Shown piece by piece: positions 1-12,110 of a stretch of DNA of 64,000 nucleotides (its first letter is position 1; each line of letters starts with the position of its first letter). This DNA comes from Antedon mediterranea (lineage: Eukaryota; Animalia; Echinodermata). The stretch is from positions 23,764,871 through 23,828,870 of the forward strand of contig NC_092676.1 in assembly GCF_964355755.1 (NCBI RefSeq). Reading direction: 5' to 3'. The position numbers and the translations under genes are program-made. The notes beneath the pieces were generated by a model. That model was not told where the DNA came from. It made no database searches and saw nothing but the letters and a program-made list of their open reading frames with translations.

Positions 1-78
1 GAAGATGCCTGTCCAGTCTTGTACGTGAGGTTGTGTTTTTTTGCTACCTTGCCTAGCTGTCATGACCTATTCTCCCAT

Positions 79-3000
79 TTATGCTGTTAGCTGTTGGGTC
101 TTGGTAAACCCTCCTCTTCCACGATTATTGTATCCTGGACGGGGCCCTTGACCACGACCTTAAACGACAAACAAAATATATATTGAAGGTTTGCATGACG
201 AAAATAAATATGTTGATATAAAGTTTGCTGTACACCACAAATCTAGTTCTGAAAAGAACTGTTGAGTTTCTCAATGTTTTAATCAATATACTTTGATAAT
301 CGACATTGAAAGAAATGTTGAGAAATTCAACAGACAAAATATATATTGATTGATAGTGTAGAAAGAATTTCCGTATAAACCCAAATTTACGGTCAGGTTT
401 ACCTCCTCTAGAGTTCCCACCACGTGGCATATTTGTACGTCTGTCAAACGACTGGTAGCCATTATCCGGCATTGATCTGTACGTATTCGGGTACGAACTG
501 GATGAGTGCATAGAGGTACCGGCTCCATTCCCTGCGCTGAATGTTACGTCAGATGCCCGAGGTTGAAATGTGCTTGCTATGTAGTTTTGTCGGTTAAATC
601 CTGAAAAAAAAAAGAAGAAGAAATCACGAGTAATGTTTTAAGTTGATTTTACTAGGTGAATTTGTTCACGGGAATCCATCTTGACAGGGAAAAAAGTCGC
701 ACTGTCCTTTACACTACAACAGTCTCCTGAAATTTGCTCATAAATGCATCATAGCTTATTGCTTATTGCTTGCGATTGGTTGCGCAATAGTTGCTTCGCT
801 TCACAAAAAGTTGAAACAATTTGAACTACCACTATGCGCTAACAAATTCGTCTAGTGGAAAATTGGCTTTATTGTGCAGTATTTTAGTAACGTAGAAATT
901 GGGTACTTAAAAATATAAATAATGGGAAATTTCGACCATTTGACACAACTAGTTATATTTTCAGCCTCACCCCTATTATTTTGGGATCCATCACTATACC
1001 GAGTATTACCCCTATTATGTTGCTGTCCGCCTCCTCTGTTGTTGCGGTAACTAGCGTTCTGCACACTACCACGATTACCCCGGTTACCACGGTTGTTACG
1101 ATAGCCACCTTGCTGCTGGTACTGCTGGTAGCCCGAACCTGTAAACAATTTTGTTTGATTTGTATTTGTACAATTTCATTATCAATTTGTATCTGTTCAC
1201 TGCTTGTCATGTTATATTCCATCTCATTATATGAGGTTCAAGTTTGTCATATATATGTATGCATAGACCCATTTACGATTGACGATAAATTAATAAATAT
1301 GCATTTTTTCTATATAAAACAAAAGAAATCCAAACAGTTTTCAACATAGAACTATATAATATTTTCACACGTCCAATCAAATGACGTCATGATTAGTAAG
1401 AGCAATAATATTGAGACGATACGATGAAGTTATTGTTCTTATTGATCATGACATTATTTGATTGGATTTAAAAAAATAATATTTTTATCAAAGACAGAAT
1501 AAATGGTTATTCTATAGTTTTAGAATAAAAACTGTTCAAATTCATGTAAGAAAAATGTAAGTTTATCCATTTATCCTCGATCATTATCATCCTAGTGCTG
1601 CAGCCCTTTGCTATTTTGACTAGAATGCTCGGCGCTAAAATGACTTACCAGATACATCTGAACTTGCCGATGACAGATCCGGTGTTCGGCTGGCCGATCC
1701 ATACGATTCTGAGCCAGAGCTCTGGTACGCATCTTGTCCTTGCGTCACTGCCGTTGCGACCGGGGGCGAGGACTGCATCTGATACGATATGCTAGATTGA
1801 AAAGGAGGTGCGCTTGCGTTCATTGTTGATTTTGGTATGCTTGCACTAGATGGCGTTGTGACCTGTGTGCTGATCTGGGATTCATCGGTGGGCATAGCGA
1901 TCATCTGCGGATCTTGCATGGACATAGCACCACTGGACAGCTGACCTTGTGTTAATGGTTCTTGTTGGAAAGCTGAATCTGCGATCTGGTCTAATGAAAC
2001 ATGAAATTCAGAGTATAATTTCTTATTCAAAATAAATGCTTAGCTGTGCATTTACATAGAATTTCACAACAAATTAAAAAAAACAAGCCAGTTATGTGGC
2101 AAATATAATCATCATACTCACTTGAATATTGCGAGGAGTTGCCCAGTTGTTGGGAGTAATCGGAAGCAGTGGTCAGTCTTGAGTTACTATACTGGTCTGC
2201 AGATTGACTATACTGGTCAGTGGATGCATTGTACTGGTCAGCCCCTGAAGCATAGTGGTCACTGGTACTATATTGGTCAGTTGCCAGACTAGACTGGTTG
2301 TATGAGGAGCTAGTGTGGGTTGATGTATTGCTTTGGAGTACTGAATCCTTGTCCTAAAGGGTAGACAAAAAATACACATGTATATAGTCAGAGGATCGAG
2401 TTATATACAATTAGAAAGAAATGGGTTTTAAAACCTTTTTCTCATTTTTATGTCGGCATTTCTTTGTTTACATTATCAAACTTTATGTGATAAAGAAATG
2501 CAATGTGCCCAACACTATTGCGTCAACACAATTGTTAGAATCTCCTTTGGCTTACCACGTTATAGCTTTGTTCTGTAGACGATTGCGAAGGAATTGACGG
2601 TGAACCTTGAAGGTGGTGTTGGTCCAGTACCTGTCCTTGCTGCAGTGTTTGTTGTGTATGTTCCATCATGGACGGGTCTGTAGACAATTACAGCAAATTA
2701 AAATCACATTGTAATTAAGGGTTTTGAGCAGCAAGGGCTATGAGCGCTCACTGACTAAACCAATAGCTTAAGGGGCTCCAGAGCATAAGCAACCACAATG
2801 CAACTACCCAACATTGGAGGGCTATTTAGGAGTGCTAAACTCAGAGCTATAGGGGCCACAGGGTATGAGCAGCCCCAATGCAACTACCCAGAGTTGGAGG
2901 GCTCCAATTGCTAAACCAGAGGCCTTTGCCCCCTGTATGTAATTGGTTTGGAACAGCATCAAGTCAAAATATTACTGCAATTTGTAATTGGGAAAAAGAT

Positions 3001-6000
3001 TAAAATTTACCTGATGATCCGTAGCTCAGCTGTTGAGAACGAAAAGATTTTGAATGTTGAGAAACAGAGACGACAGCGGGATCCACTAGATGCGGTGCTG
3101 AAGAAAGAAATCAACATCAACGTTATACAAGTTTTTCTAATAATTTTATTGTTATTTATGTGGATTTTATTGATCCCCATGTTTGATTTTTTTTGCTTGT
3201 TTTTCAATTAAAATTTTTTCATGTGGATTTTGTCGTTTTTCGTGTTGATTTTGTTGTTTTTTGTGTTGATTTTGTTGTTTTGTCCTATGGAATTTGTTGT
3301 TGTTTATATATTTTTTTTTTTTCATTTGATTTTGATATCTTTTTATGTCAATTTTGTCATTTATATATCTCTTCACTCACATTCAAAGTCGATAGGATCC
3401 TGGACAAAACTGAAACTGCCTTGCACCGATTTTAAGACCTCATCCAAATTGCGAGTCTTTGTCTCGACTGGGAAATCAATAGGTTCAGAAGGTGCAGCTG
3501 TTTCTGGGTGTACTGGCAACGACTCAACTTCTGCTTTAATTGTGATTTCTGGCTGTAGTGAGGTTGGTATCTATGTACAAAATGAACATTGTATATCAAC
3601 TATCTCATTAATTTTTCAATAGTATTAAGTCAGTTGTCAATTATTAATTGGCTGTACTTTTAAATAATTGCTATTCTACATTTATTATTATTATCATCAT
3701 TGTAAATAACAACAATAAATAATCACTGTACATTTTATAATATTGTTTTATTGTGTAAATGATGGTTAGTTCTGTACTCCACGTTAATATGGTTATCATT
3801 ATTATAATTTAAAAAATTGTGATTGATTGTTCAAATAAAATTAGCCCAGTTAACACATCTGCAGTGGGTCTATTGTTGTAAGACTAATATTAGTACAAAA
3901 TCAGTGACAGTCAAAGACAGTGAAAACCGAAGATTTTGACTATGGAGTAATTAGTGTCATATATTAGTATGTGCCTTATTCATAGCTTCAAATTGAATAA
4001 TTATTTAAAGAAAATAAAGAGCAAAACAATTCCGAGTCAACTTACTTCCGATGCGTCTTGAGATGGAAGCGTCTCCGTGTTGGTCAAGTATTCGTCAGTT
4101 TTCAAGTCTGTTTCTAAATTTCAAAAAATGATTAAAACATATAATAAAACTACTAAGCATAACAAAAAACCCTAGCTTTGACCTGAGAGTTTCCATGCAA
4201 GTTTAATAATAATACAGACGAGCGGTAACAGTAATAAAAATATAGAATCTATGTTATTCCTTATGACCACTAGTGCAAAACGGACGGCGGTTTCAACTCA
4301 TGATATACATATGCTACGTGGTTTTTCCGTCTGCCGTCTGTGTAAATTGGCTTAAATTGTAGCCTCATATAGCACCTTAAACAATGTTTCTAAGCACTTT
4401 ACACACAAAAATGATCCACAAAATATCCTACGATAACCAAAAAATTAAGAAGCAGGGGAACCATTTACACCACTCCATTCTCCAGCACATTGAAGCCCCA
4501 AATGAGATCTCGCAGGCACTGTATTCACTGGAGCTTAGTTTACTGTAGATCTTCTATACCATGGTAGTAAGCGCTTACCCAAAATGTTGGTAATTCTCTT
4601 ATTTTAACATGGCACTCTACAATCATTCACATCTAATTGTACTCACCCGTTTCTTCTGGTTCCTCTTCCGTGACCTCTGGCATGTTGTCCATGTAGCCGC
4701 TATCTTCGATTCTCTGTATCAATGCGTTTAATTCTTTGTCTGCAAATTACAGTTAAGGACAGAAAGTAATTTTTTTTCCATCCAGAGGCTTTTTAATAAA
4801 GGTAAAGGATATTTATTCTGGTCCTCAAGCTTAACTATAAACTGAGGAAATTTGGATTAGGCCCTCCACGGACCCATGGCAGTGCAGAGCTTATCAAATC
4901 ACCACACAGGAAGACGATCACCTACTCTTTTCAAATAGTGTAACAAGTTCTTTAACGTGCACTTATGTACAAGTAACAACGTGCTTTATTTTTCGATTCC
5001 TAGTGGATTTTAGGTCAGATGGTATGATACAGTGAGGTTCTAGTTGGCTGAAAATTAAAAGCGCTGTAATATAAAAACTTTTGGCTGTGATAATTAATGT
5101 AATCAGTATAACAAAGGATACATGTTGTTCCGCAAACTTTGGTCTCGTCTCCTCGTACGTACTTGCCTAAATGTTCACTAGCAGCAACCCTTTTCTTCTC
5201 GTAACTAAATGTAAAAAGATCAAGTTAATTATATTTAATTCACAAACATACATAGCCTGTGTACATTCATTATTCGTAGTCGGTCACATTTACTTGTAGA
5301 TAGATAGTAATGAAGGGATCATGGGCTATGAAATGTCTTCCTCCCAAATTCTGTTGACCCACTTTCCTAGAATGTTTAACTATTAATTGCACCGAGGAAG
5401 GATAAGTGTTATCTGTAAGCTCTGTAATTTCTTTCTAGCTGTTTTACTCTACCATTTTGATTTAGGTTTTTGCTTACTTTATTTTGTATCTCCATTTGGA
5501 TCTAGCCACTGATACCCACAGTATTGTCATTTTATCAGTAATTTGCCTTTTCATTATTATTACTACTTGCCTTTCCTTTGGTATGCTTTCATCCTCCTCT
5601 TCTCTTGAAGGACATGCAAGCTTATAAAACTCATCTAAGTATGTCAGCTCTTTCTCACTCAATACCTACAAAATTCGCAAGGGGTGTAAGTATATATAGG
5701 TCTAAAGATTGAAATTCCTATTATTACCCGGTAGCACCAATCAAATGCTGTTGAACCTGTTGTAGACTTGATATTCTGATTCTATAACATTTATTTGGAT
5801 AATAATGGTAAAGAAAGTACAAAGTATGTAAGTATGAATAAAAATAATCTGGGAGTCAGTATAACACCTCCACATTTTGATGTGAAACGAATGAGGAACA
5901 ATATATGTACCACTAATCCCTATTCAGGGCACACCACTATTAGGGGGACACTTTGCTTTAGAACGAATGAGGAACAATATATGTACCACTAATCCCTATT

Positions 6001-9000
6001 CAGGGCACACCCCTATTAATGGGACATTTTGCCATGAAACGAATGAGGAACAATATATGTACGACTAATCCCTATTCAGGGCACACCCCTATTATGGGGA
6101 CACTTTGCTGTGGAACAAATGAGGAACAACATATGTACGACTAATCCCTATTCAGGGCACACCCCTATTAATGGGACATTTTGCTGTGGAACAAATGAGG
6201 AACAACATATGTACGACTAATCCCTATTCAGGGCACACCACTATTAGGGGGACATTTTGCTTTAGAACAAATGAAGAACAATATATGTACCACTAACCCC
6301 TATTCAGGGCACACCACACTATTAGGGGGACATTTTGCTTTAGAACAAATGAGGAACAACATATGTACGACTAATCCCTATTCAGGGCACACCCCTATTA
6401 TGGGGACACTTTGCTGTGGAACGAATGCGGAACATATGTACGACTAATCCCTATTCAGGGCACACCCCTATTAGGGTGGACATTTTGCTTTAGAACGAAT
6501 GAGGAACAATATATGTACGACTAATCCCTATTCAGGGCACACCCCTATTAGGGTGGACACTTTGCTGTGGAACGAATGAGGAACAATATATGTACGAATA
6601 ATCCCTATTTAGGGCACACCCCTATTAGGGTGGACACTTTGCTGTGGAACCAATGAGGAACAATATATGTACGACTAATCCCTATTCAGGGCACACCCCT
6701 ATTAGGGTGGACACTTTGCTGTGGAACGAATGAGGAACAACATATGTACGACTAATCCCTATTCAGGGCACACCCCTATTAGGGTGGACACTTTGCTGTG
6801 GAACGAATGCGTAACAATATATGCAGGACTAATCCTTATTCAGGACACAACACTAGTATAGTAGGGGACATATTGTTGTGTCATGAAGGTATTCTAATAG
6901 GGGCTCTACTGTGGCCACCATATCTCTAAACTTACAATAGCTCCATTTGTTCCTGCCTCAAAATCTGCTCTAACTTGTGGCTGGCCCATGTTGTCCAACA
7001 CATTCTGTAGCAACAAAATTGTCTGTATTGTTTTCTGTTCCTGTTCTTGCCTCAACACCAACTCCCGTTTCACTCTCTTCTTCTCCAATTTTGCATACTG
7101 TTAGAAAATAATTCAATTAAATTTATCATGAATTAAATTAACTAAATGTAGTAGCAAACTGGAATTCTATCTAAAAACTAGAATAAGACATTTGGAGAAT
7201 ACTAATTTTGGAATGGTCTGAAAACATCAAGATTATTTCTTTAAGGATGGCCTGCAATAGATCTTCGATCTTTTGGTCTTTCCTACACTACCATCATATT
7301 TACAATTTTTTTTAAATGATTGATTGTATTTTACAATTTGATTATGAAGGCAAGTAAGGTGAACTTTGACCTGAACAAAACATGTAATGGAAAATTTATT
7401 TTTGGAAGCCTAAACACAGTAGAATAAAATGCAGTGCATTACAATAGTAAGGCCCTGTTTCTGCTGCCAACTAAATACCGTATATTATACCGTATTTTTT
7501 GAATACCGTATATATACGGTATATTTTTGGCAGCAGAAACTGCGCTCATAAAAAATATACCGTATTTTGTATACCGTATTTTCCCCACAAAATTTGTGGA
7601 TAAAATACGGTATTTGCAAATTTATACCGTATTTTTTGTACCCGTTTCTGCTGCCAATAAAAAATACCGTATTTTTTGACAAAAGGTCAACATTCGTGTT
7701 TTTATTTTCTGTCGCTGTCAGCTGCTTTACACACGTGTATAGATATATTCGGCGAAAATGTGGAGCGAAGACGTCACAGTTTTACTAATTAAATGTGTGT
7801 GGGGAAGCTAAAATGTCTGGCCAACTAATAAAAGGGACAACCACATTTATAAAGACATTTCTAAAAAAATAAAGCAGGAGTATGGAATAGACTTGTCTCC
7901 AAAGCAAGTAAACTCAAAGCTGAAGAGCCTGCGAAAGCAGTACAACATTGCAAAATGCAATAACTCGGGGAGGGAACGAATTAATTGTCCCCATTACGAT
8001 GTTTTCTGTGCTCTCACAACATCTCTATCACTAGGGCTAGGCTGTTGAAAGTGAGACGTAAAACTTCCTTTATTGCGACTTTTAATTATCGATCAAATAA
8101 TAATGAATGGCAATTTGGGTAAAAAAGAGGAAATTTAACACGACCACCCAAGAAGTATTATTAGCAGAAACGGGGTACTAAAAAATACGGTATAAAAAAT
8201 ACCGTATTTTATACCGTATATTTATACCGTATTTTGAGCAGTTGCAGCAGAAACAGGCCCTTAGACAAGGATTTGGTGGTTATGGTACAGCTACATTAGC
8301 CTCATTCACTATGTTAGGCGATACAAATATTTTGGTGTCGCATCTTTCAGTGTTAGCTAAAATAGACGATTTTCCATGCTACAAAGGCCATCTTGCAGAG
8401 ATGACAACCAGCTGTGACCAGCCGAGCATAAAAACCAATGCAGGTCAAACATTTTTACAGTAATCTTTTTTATGATACGACCCTCCGTTAAGGAGGTACG
8501 ATTTTGTAATTAACATGGTGTCATGAAATCCTCTGAAATCGCTGTTAATTTTGTTTTTTTTTTTATGGTCGGCTGGTCACGACCTTTTGTCATTTCGGCA
8601 AGATGGCTTCCGTCGTAGCATCTACGAATTAGTACTGTACAGTAGCTGATGAACGTACATCTGAAGCCATGGACTGAAAGGTCTTGTGAAGTTCTTTAGC
8701 AAACTCCAGGTTACCAAGCACCTCATCGTAATGTTTCAGTGATTGCCGCTGATCATCGTTCAACTCTTTCCCAGATTTTACAAGATCTCTGTAACCCTCG
8801 AGTTTACCCTGTGAATTAAAAAATTTTTTTTAAACATTACCATTAAATATACCTGTGAATTAACAAACGATTATTTATATAGTTTGATCATTTGGAGGTG
8901 AGTCACCAGAAAGTCATGTTTCCATAAAAAAACATTCAACTCATTATTCATTAAATAAAATCCTGGTTTCTAAAAAGAACACTGTATATAACTAATAGGC

Positions 9001-9458
9001 CTAATACAAATACATTATGAAACAAATCAACAAATACATATTTCAATCAATAATATTAATTATTATAAATATAGGCCTAGGCCTATTTAAATTCAGTTTA
9101 TTAACATATTTCTCGATTTATCACACAGCAAATGTATACTCCTATATCTGCATAATAGGCCTAGGCTAGAGGATGGCAAAACACCTACCCAAAAGAAAGC
9201 AGCGATAGCGCCTAAGTGACCACAACGGAGAGCCTTGCTAGCCTACAATCTAGGCCTACAGCCTATCATTCTTCCGGTTTCTCAACTTATAATTTTACGA
9301 ATATTTAAGATATAAACTATTTAAAAAAATACCTTCTTTTTCTCTATATTTCTAATTTTCTTTTCCACCACAAGTAGGACCTGTTTCATGTGGTCCTGAC
9401 TTTCTATGGTGGAAAATTGTGTAGCAACTTTATTCGAAGCTGAAGGCATAGTTTCCAT
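79..9458 (-). CDS. CAPRIN1: Caprin (Caprin-1/2 family RNA-granule protein), 15 coding exons, about 728 aa from MPSAS at 9449 (in-frame upstream ATG at 9458)
   Basis: Exons: 9333-9449(9458), 8659-8808, 6936-7097, 5571-5665, 5122-5204, 4647-4739, 4046-4113, 3381-3570, 3011-3097, 2556-2677, 2122-2353, 1649-1990, 971-1138, 403-600, 79-158. Phases are compatible and the total is 2187 nt. The translation contains MKQVLLVVEKKIRNIEKKKGKLEGY..LNDDQ..NLEFAKEL, LDEFYKL, VCGTTYKEL (HR1 region), QGSFSFVQD, DPAVVS, MNASAPPFQS and a C-terminal RG/RGG-rich tail, all Caprin-like. Confidence 0.93.
4340..4600 (-). mobile_element. SINE-like relic with L2-type 3' tail (Caprin intron)
   Basis: The reverse strand at about 4340-4402 reads GTAAAGTGCTTAGAAACATTGTTTAAGGTGCTATATGAGG, resembling the TGTAAAGCGCTT..GCGCTATAT tail of L2-dependent SINEs. 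Boundaries are approximate. Confidence 0.35.
5880..6870. repeat. About 76-bp minisatellite, about 13 copies, in Caprin intron 3
   Basis: The unit GAACGAATGAGGAACAATATATGTACGACTAATCCCTATTCAGGGCACACCCCTATTAGGGTGGACACTTTGCTGTG recurs head-to-tail (TAATCCC at 5914, 5990, ...), with no unique spacers. Confidence 0.95.
7451..8260 (+). mobile_element. Non-autonomous PIF/Harbinger-type DNA transposon with a relic Myb/SANT-like ORF
   Basis: TIRs GGCCCTGTTTCTGCTGC / GCAGCAGAAACAGGCCC flanked by TAA/TTA, with many subterminal ATACCGTAT repeats. The internal frameshifted sequence MWSEDVTVLLIKCVW..IYKDISKKIKQEYGIDLSPKQVNSKLKSLRKQY..CPHYDVF (7758-8006) resembles the Myb/SANT-like (trihelix) Harbinger ORF1. 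Confidence 0.75.
8377..8619. mobile_element. MITE-like element with long imperfect inverted ends
   Basis: GCCATCTTGC..GATGACAA..GTGACCAGCCGA..CATAAAAA pairs with TTTTTATG..TCGGCTGGTCAC..TTGTCAT..GCAAGATGGC. Confidence 0.6.
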
Positions 9459-10566
9459 ACAAAGCAGTGCTATTTCACCGCTACAGTTTTCACGTGGGGT
9501 ATCCCAGCCTTTAATTACCCGAATCCAAGAGAGTAAAGAAATATGTCACCCACAATGCATCAAGTAATGATTTATTATTATATATTTGTTTAATATTAAA
9601 TGGCAATTATTAAACATTGCTGATAATTAATTTACGAAAACCATTAATTTTTAAAAAAACAATGAATTTGTTGGTGGAAAAGTAGGATAATATTAGGATA
9701 TTTTAGGAAATGAGCTTTCATTTTAAGCATATAAACATATTAAGGTAAATGATGACGTAATCGAACGAATTTCAAAGACCACACACTCGTCCACACCACC
9801 ACCAGTCAACCAATCCCAAACCACAACTACGCACCGGTACCCTCAGGTGCACCCCAAAAACTATAATAAGTGGTGTTGATAAAAGTAACTGTTTAACTTT
9901 TTTATCATAACCTATTATAATAAATGTATTCTACTGAATGTATACACAGAAAGTTAAGGGAATTTTCTAGAACGTAACGACGTTTTACGCAAAGATCTTT
10001 GTACATAAAGCATATCTGTTTGGTGGCGCTATATTTTAAAATGACCATTACTCAAAAGACAAATAAATCACATTGTGAAACTGGTTCATTTCAATTATTT
10101 TATTTCAGAAAAAAATACTTAAAGGCTACCGTACGACGTATAAAATTATGTAGCATCTTTCAAAGGATTTTCCGGCATTATTTTACGGTGACTATGTAGG
10201 CCTACATTTGTATACAAAATTAAAATAAATACCATTTAATAGGCCTATAGGCCTATGTTCAAGAACACCAGAAGCATAGGGCGATATATTAATCCACCAT
10301 TTCGTTATGTAATGTCCTATTCAATTTCAATTAGTAACTAGAGTTAAAGTTGGGCTTTATCATGAGAAATGTGAAATTTTATTTGGAGGGTGATGGCCCG
10401 GCGATGGTTTAGATAAAAAATAGGCGGCCTACTAAATTGTAGGCTATTTTCACAAATTTTTGAAGGTCTGTAATCTGGTAACGTAGGCTATAAGGTGTTT
10501 TTTTTTTATAAAGTTGCGGCGGCCTACTGTTCTGAGGTCTAGGCCTATAGTTTACCCATCAAATAA

Positions 10567-12110
10567 TTAGAGAGAGGTACTCTGTTCCTGGGTGGTCGAA
10601 CGATCCACTCGACGCCCGAGCACAACTCGATCCCGACAACAGAACGTCTTACAGAACCCTTGCTTGTAATCAGGGAATTTGTATGCGTAAACGAACGGAT
10701 TAGCGACCATATTAAATAAATATAAAACTATAGAAACTATTACGTAATAACTTAATTTACCAGATGTTGACACTACTGCTAACGAGAGATACAATAACAT
10801 TGAAGGGCTCAAACAAATTATGTAAATCAAAGTAGTTATCAAAACAGTTATTGTAAAGTTTCGTTCCGTTTGGTTGTTTTGTTTTTGATTTGTTGACGAT
10901 TCGGCATCCGTTTGTTGAGTTCTTGTTAACTCTTTCCGCGTTATTAACTGTTCACATAATGCAACATAAACACGATGATAACAATACAACATTATAGAAA
11001 TAGGAATTATTCCCGTTCCGAATAATAGTATAACTCCTGTACTTATGGCGATGTTTTTTTCTTCAAACGATATTTTACATTTTCCTTCTTCGTTTATACC
11101 CAAAACAATAGCAAAATAAAAGCTCGTAAGAAAGGAAGAAACAAATGGAATGCTTAATCGTGGTAGCAAACTTTTATTTTGGTTACCCCTTGCCCAGTAT
11201 TTAAGTGGGTGGACCACTGCAATGTACCTCTCAACAGATATCAAGACAAGATTATGTGACGATGCAAATATGATAAAATAGAAAATTGCACCCGATTTGC
11301 AAGCGATTGATGTTTTCAAATCTACAAATGAAAACACAACGAAGGAACCACATCCTAGCATATCTATCACAGCTTGCTGCAACACTAGAGTATAGGAGAA
11401 AGATTTGGAATGTATCTTGCAGTTGATGAAAACAATAATCACCGTCAGGTTAGCAAGAACTCCAATGATGGCCAAAATTGGTGCAATGACACGTGATGGA
11501 CCTATCGTTGAAGATGATGTTTCCGTTGTATTCATGTCAGAACTGTTGTATCCTTCATCTATATACAAAAAAAAAATGTTTAAAGAATATGTTCAAAATA
11601 AGTTAAGGTACAAATGTCAAAACAAAAGTTACTTGATACGTTGACGAAATGAATCCATCGGATCGGATTCATTTCGTCAACGGAATTATCAATCTGGTAA
11701 TTTTTTGGATTGAATCTTTAATTTTGTAAAGATTAATATAAACTATAATCGGTTCTTCAATTACTTTTATTGTAGTATTAAAAGGACAAGTTTTAGAAAC
11801 TATTCGAAAAATTAAAAATGGAGGAAAGGAAAAGGTGTTTAATTTACTTGATTACAATTTGAACTGTTCCTGAAAGATGTACTTTAAACAATGATTGAGT
11901 TTATAAAAACATCATGACTAATAACAACAATGACTGCATATACAAAGTAGAATCATTTTAGTTATTTTGGATTTGATATAATAGTACAGTAGAAATTACA
12001 AACTATAGGCCTATGTCCCTACCTTGCTCATTCATATTGTTGCTGCTATGGCAAACTGCAACAAAGATGGCGAAAGAACTAAATGTTAACAAAGGAAACC
12101 GAATCCGCAT
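10567..12110 (-). CDS. Class A (rhodopsin-like) orphan GPCR 1, two exons (signal-peptide exon 12023-12110 plus 7TM exon 10567-11558), about 359 aa
   Basis: Seven hydrophobic segments, ISVERYIAVVHPL, NPFVY, and the TM3/ECL2 cysteines. The upstream exon MRIRFPLLTFSSFAIFVAVCHSSNNMNEQ ends G|gtagg and joins the phase-1 acceptor tatatag|AT. Confidence 0.88.

Noticed and set aside
2948-3622. Hydrophobic or Lys/Gln-rich ORFs in the ORF track
   Set aside because: They are products of a degenerate GTTGATTTTGTTGTTTT intronic repeat and of antisense frames over Caprin exons.
4800-4970. Possible SINE core (CCTACTCTTTTCAAATAGTG..TTCTTTAACGTGCAC)
   Set aside because: It resembles a dispersed repeat, but there is a single degenerate copy here with no definable ends.
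5880-6870. CRISPR-like array (regular repeats with palindromes)
   Set aside because: Units are contiguous near-identical copies with no unique spacers, they lie in a spliceosomal intron, and there are no cas genes.
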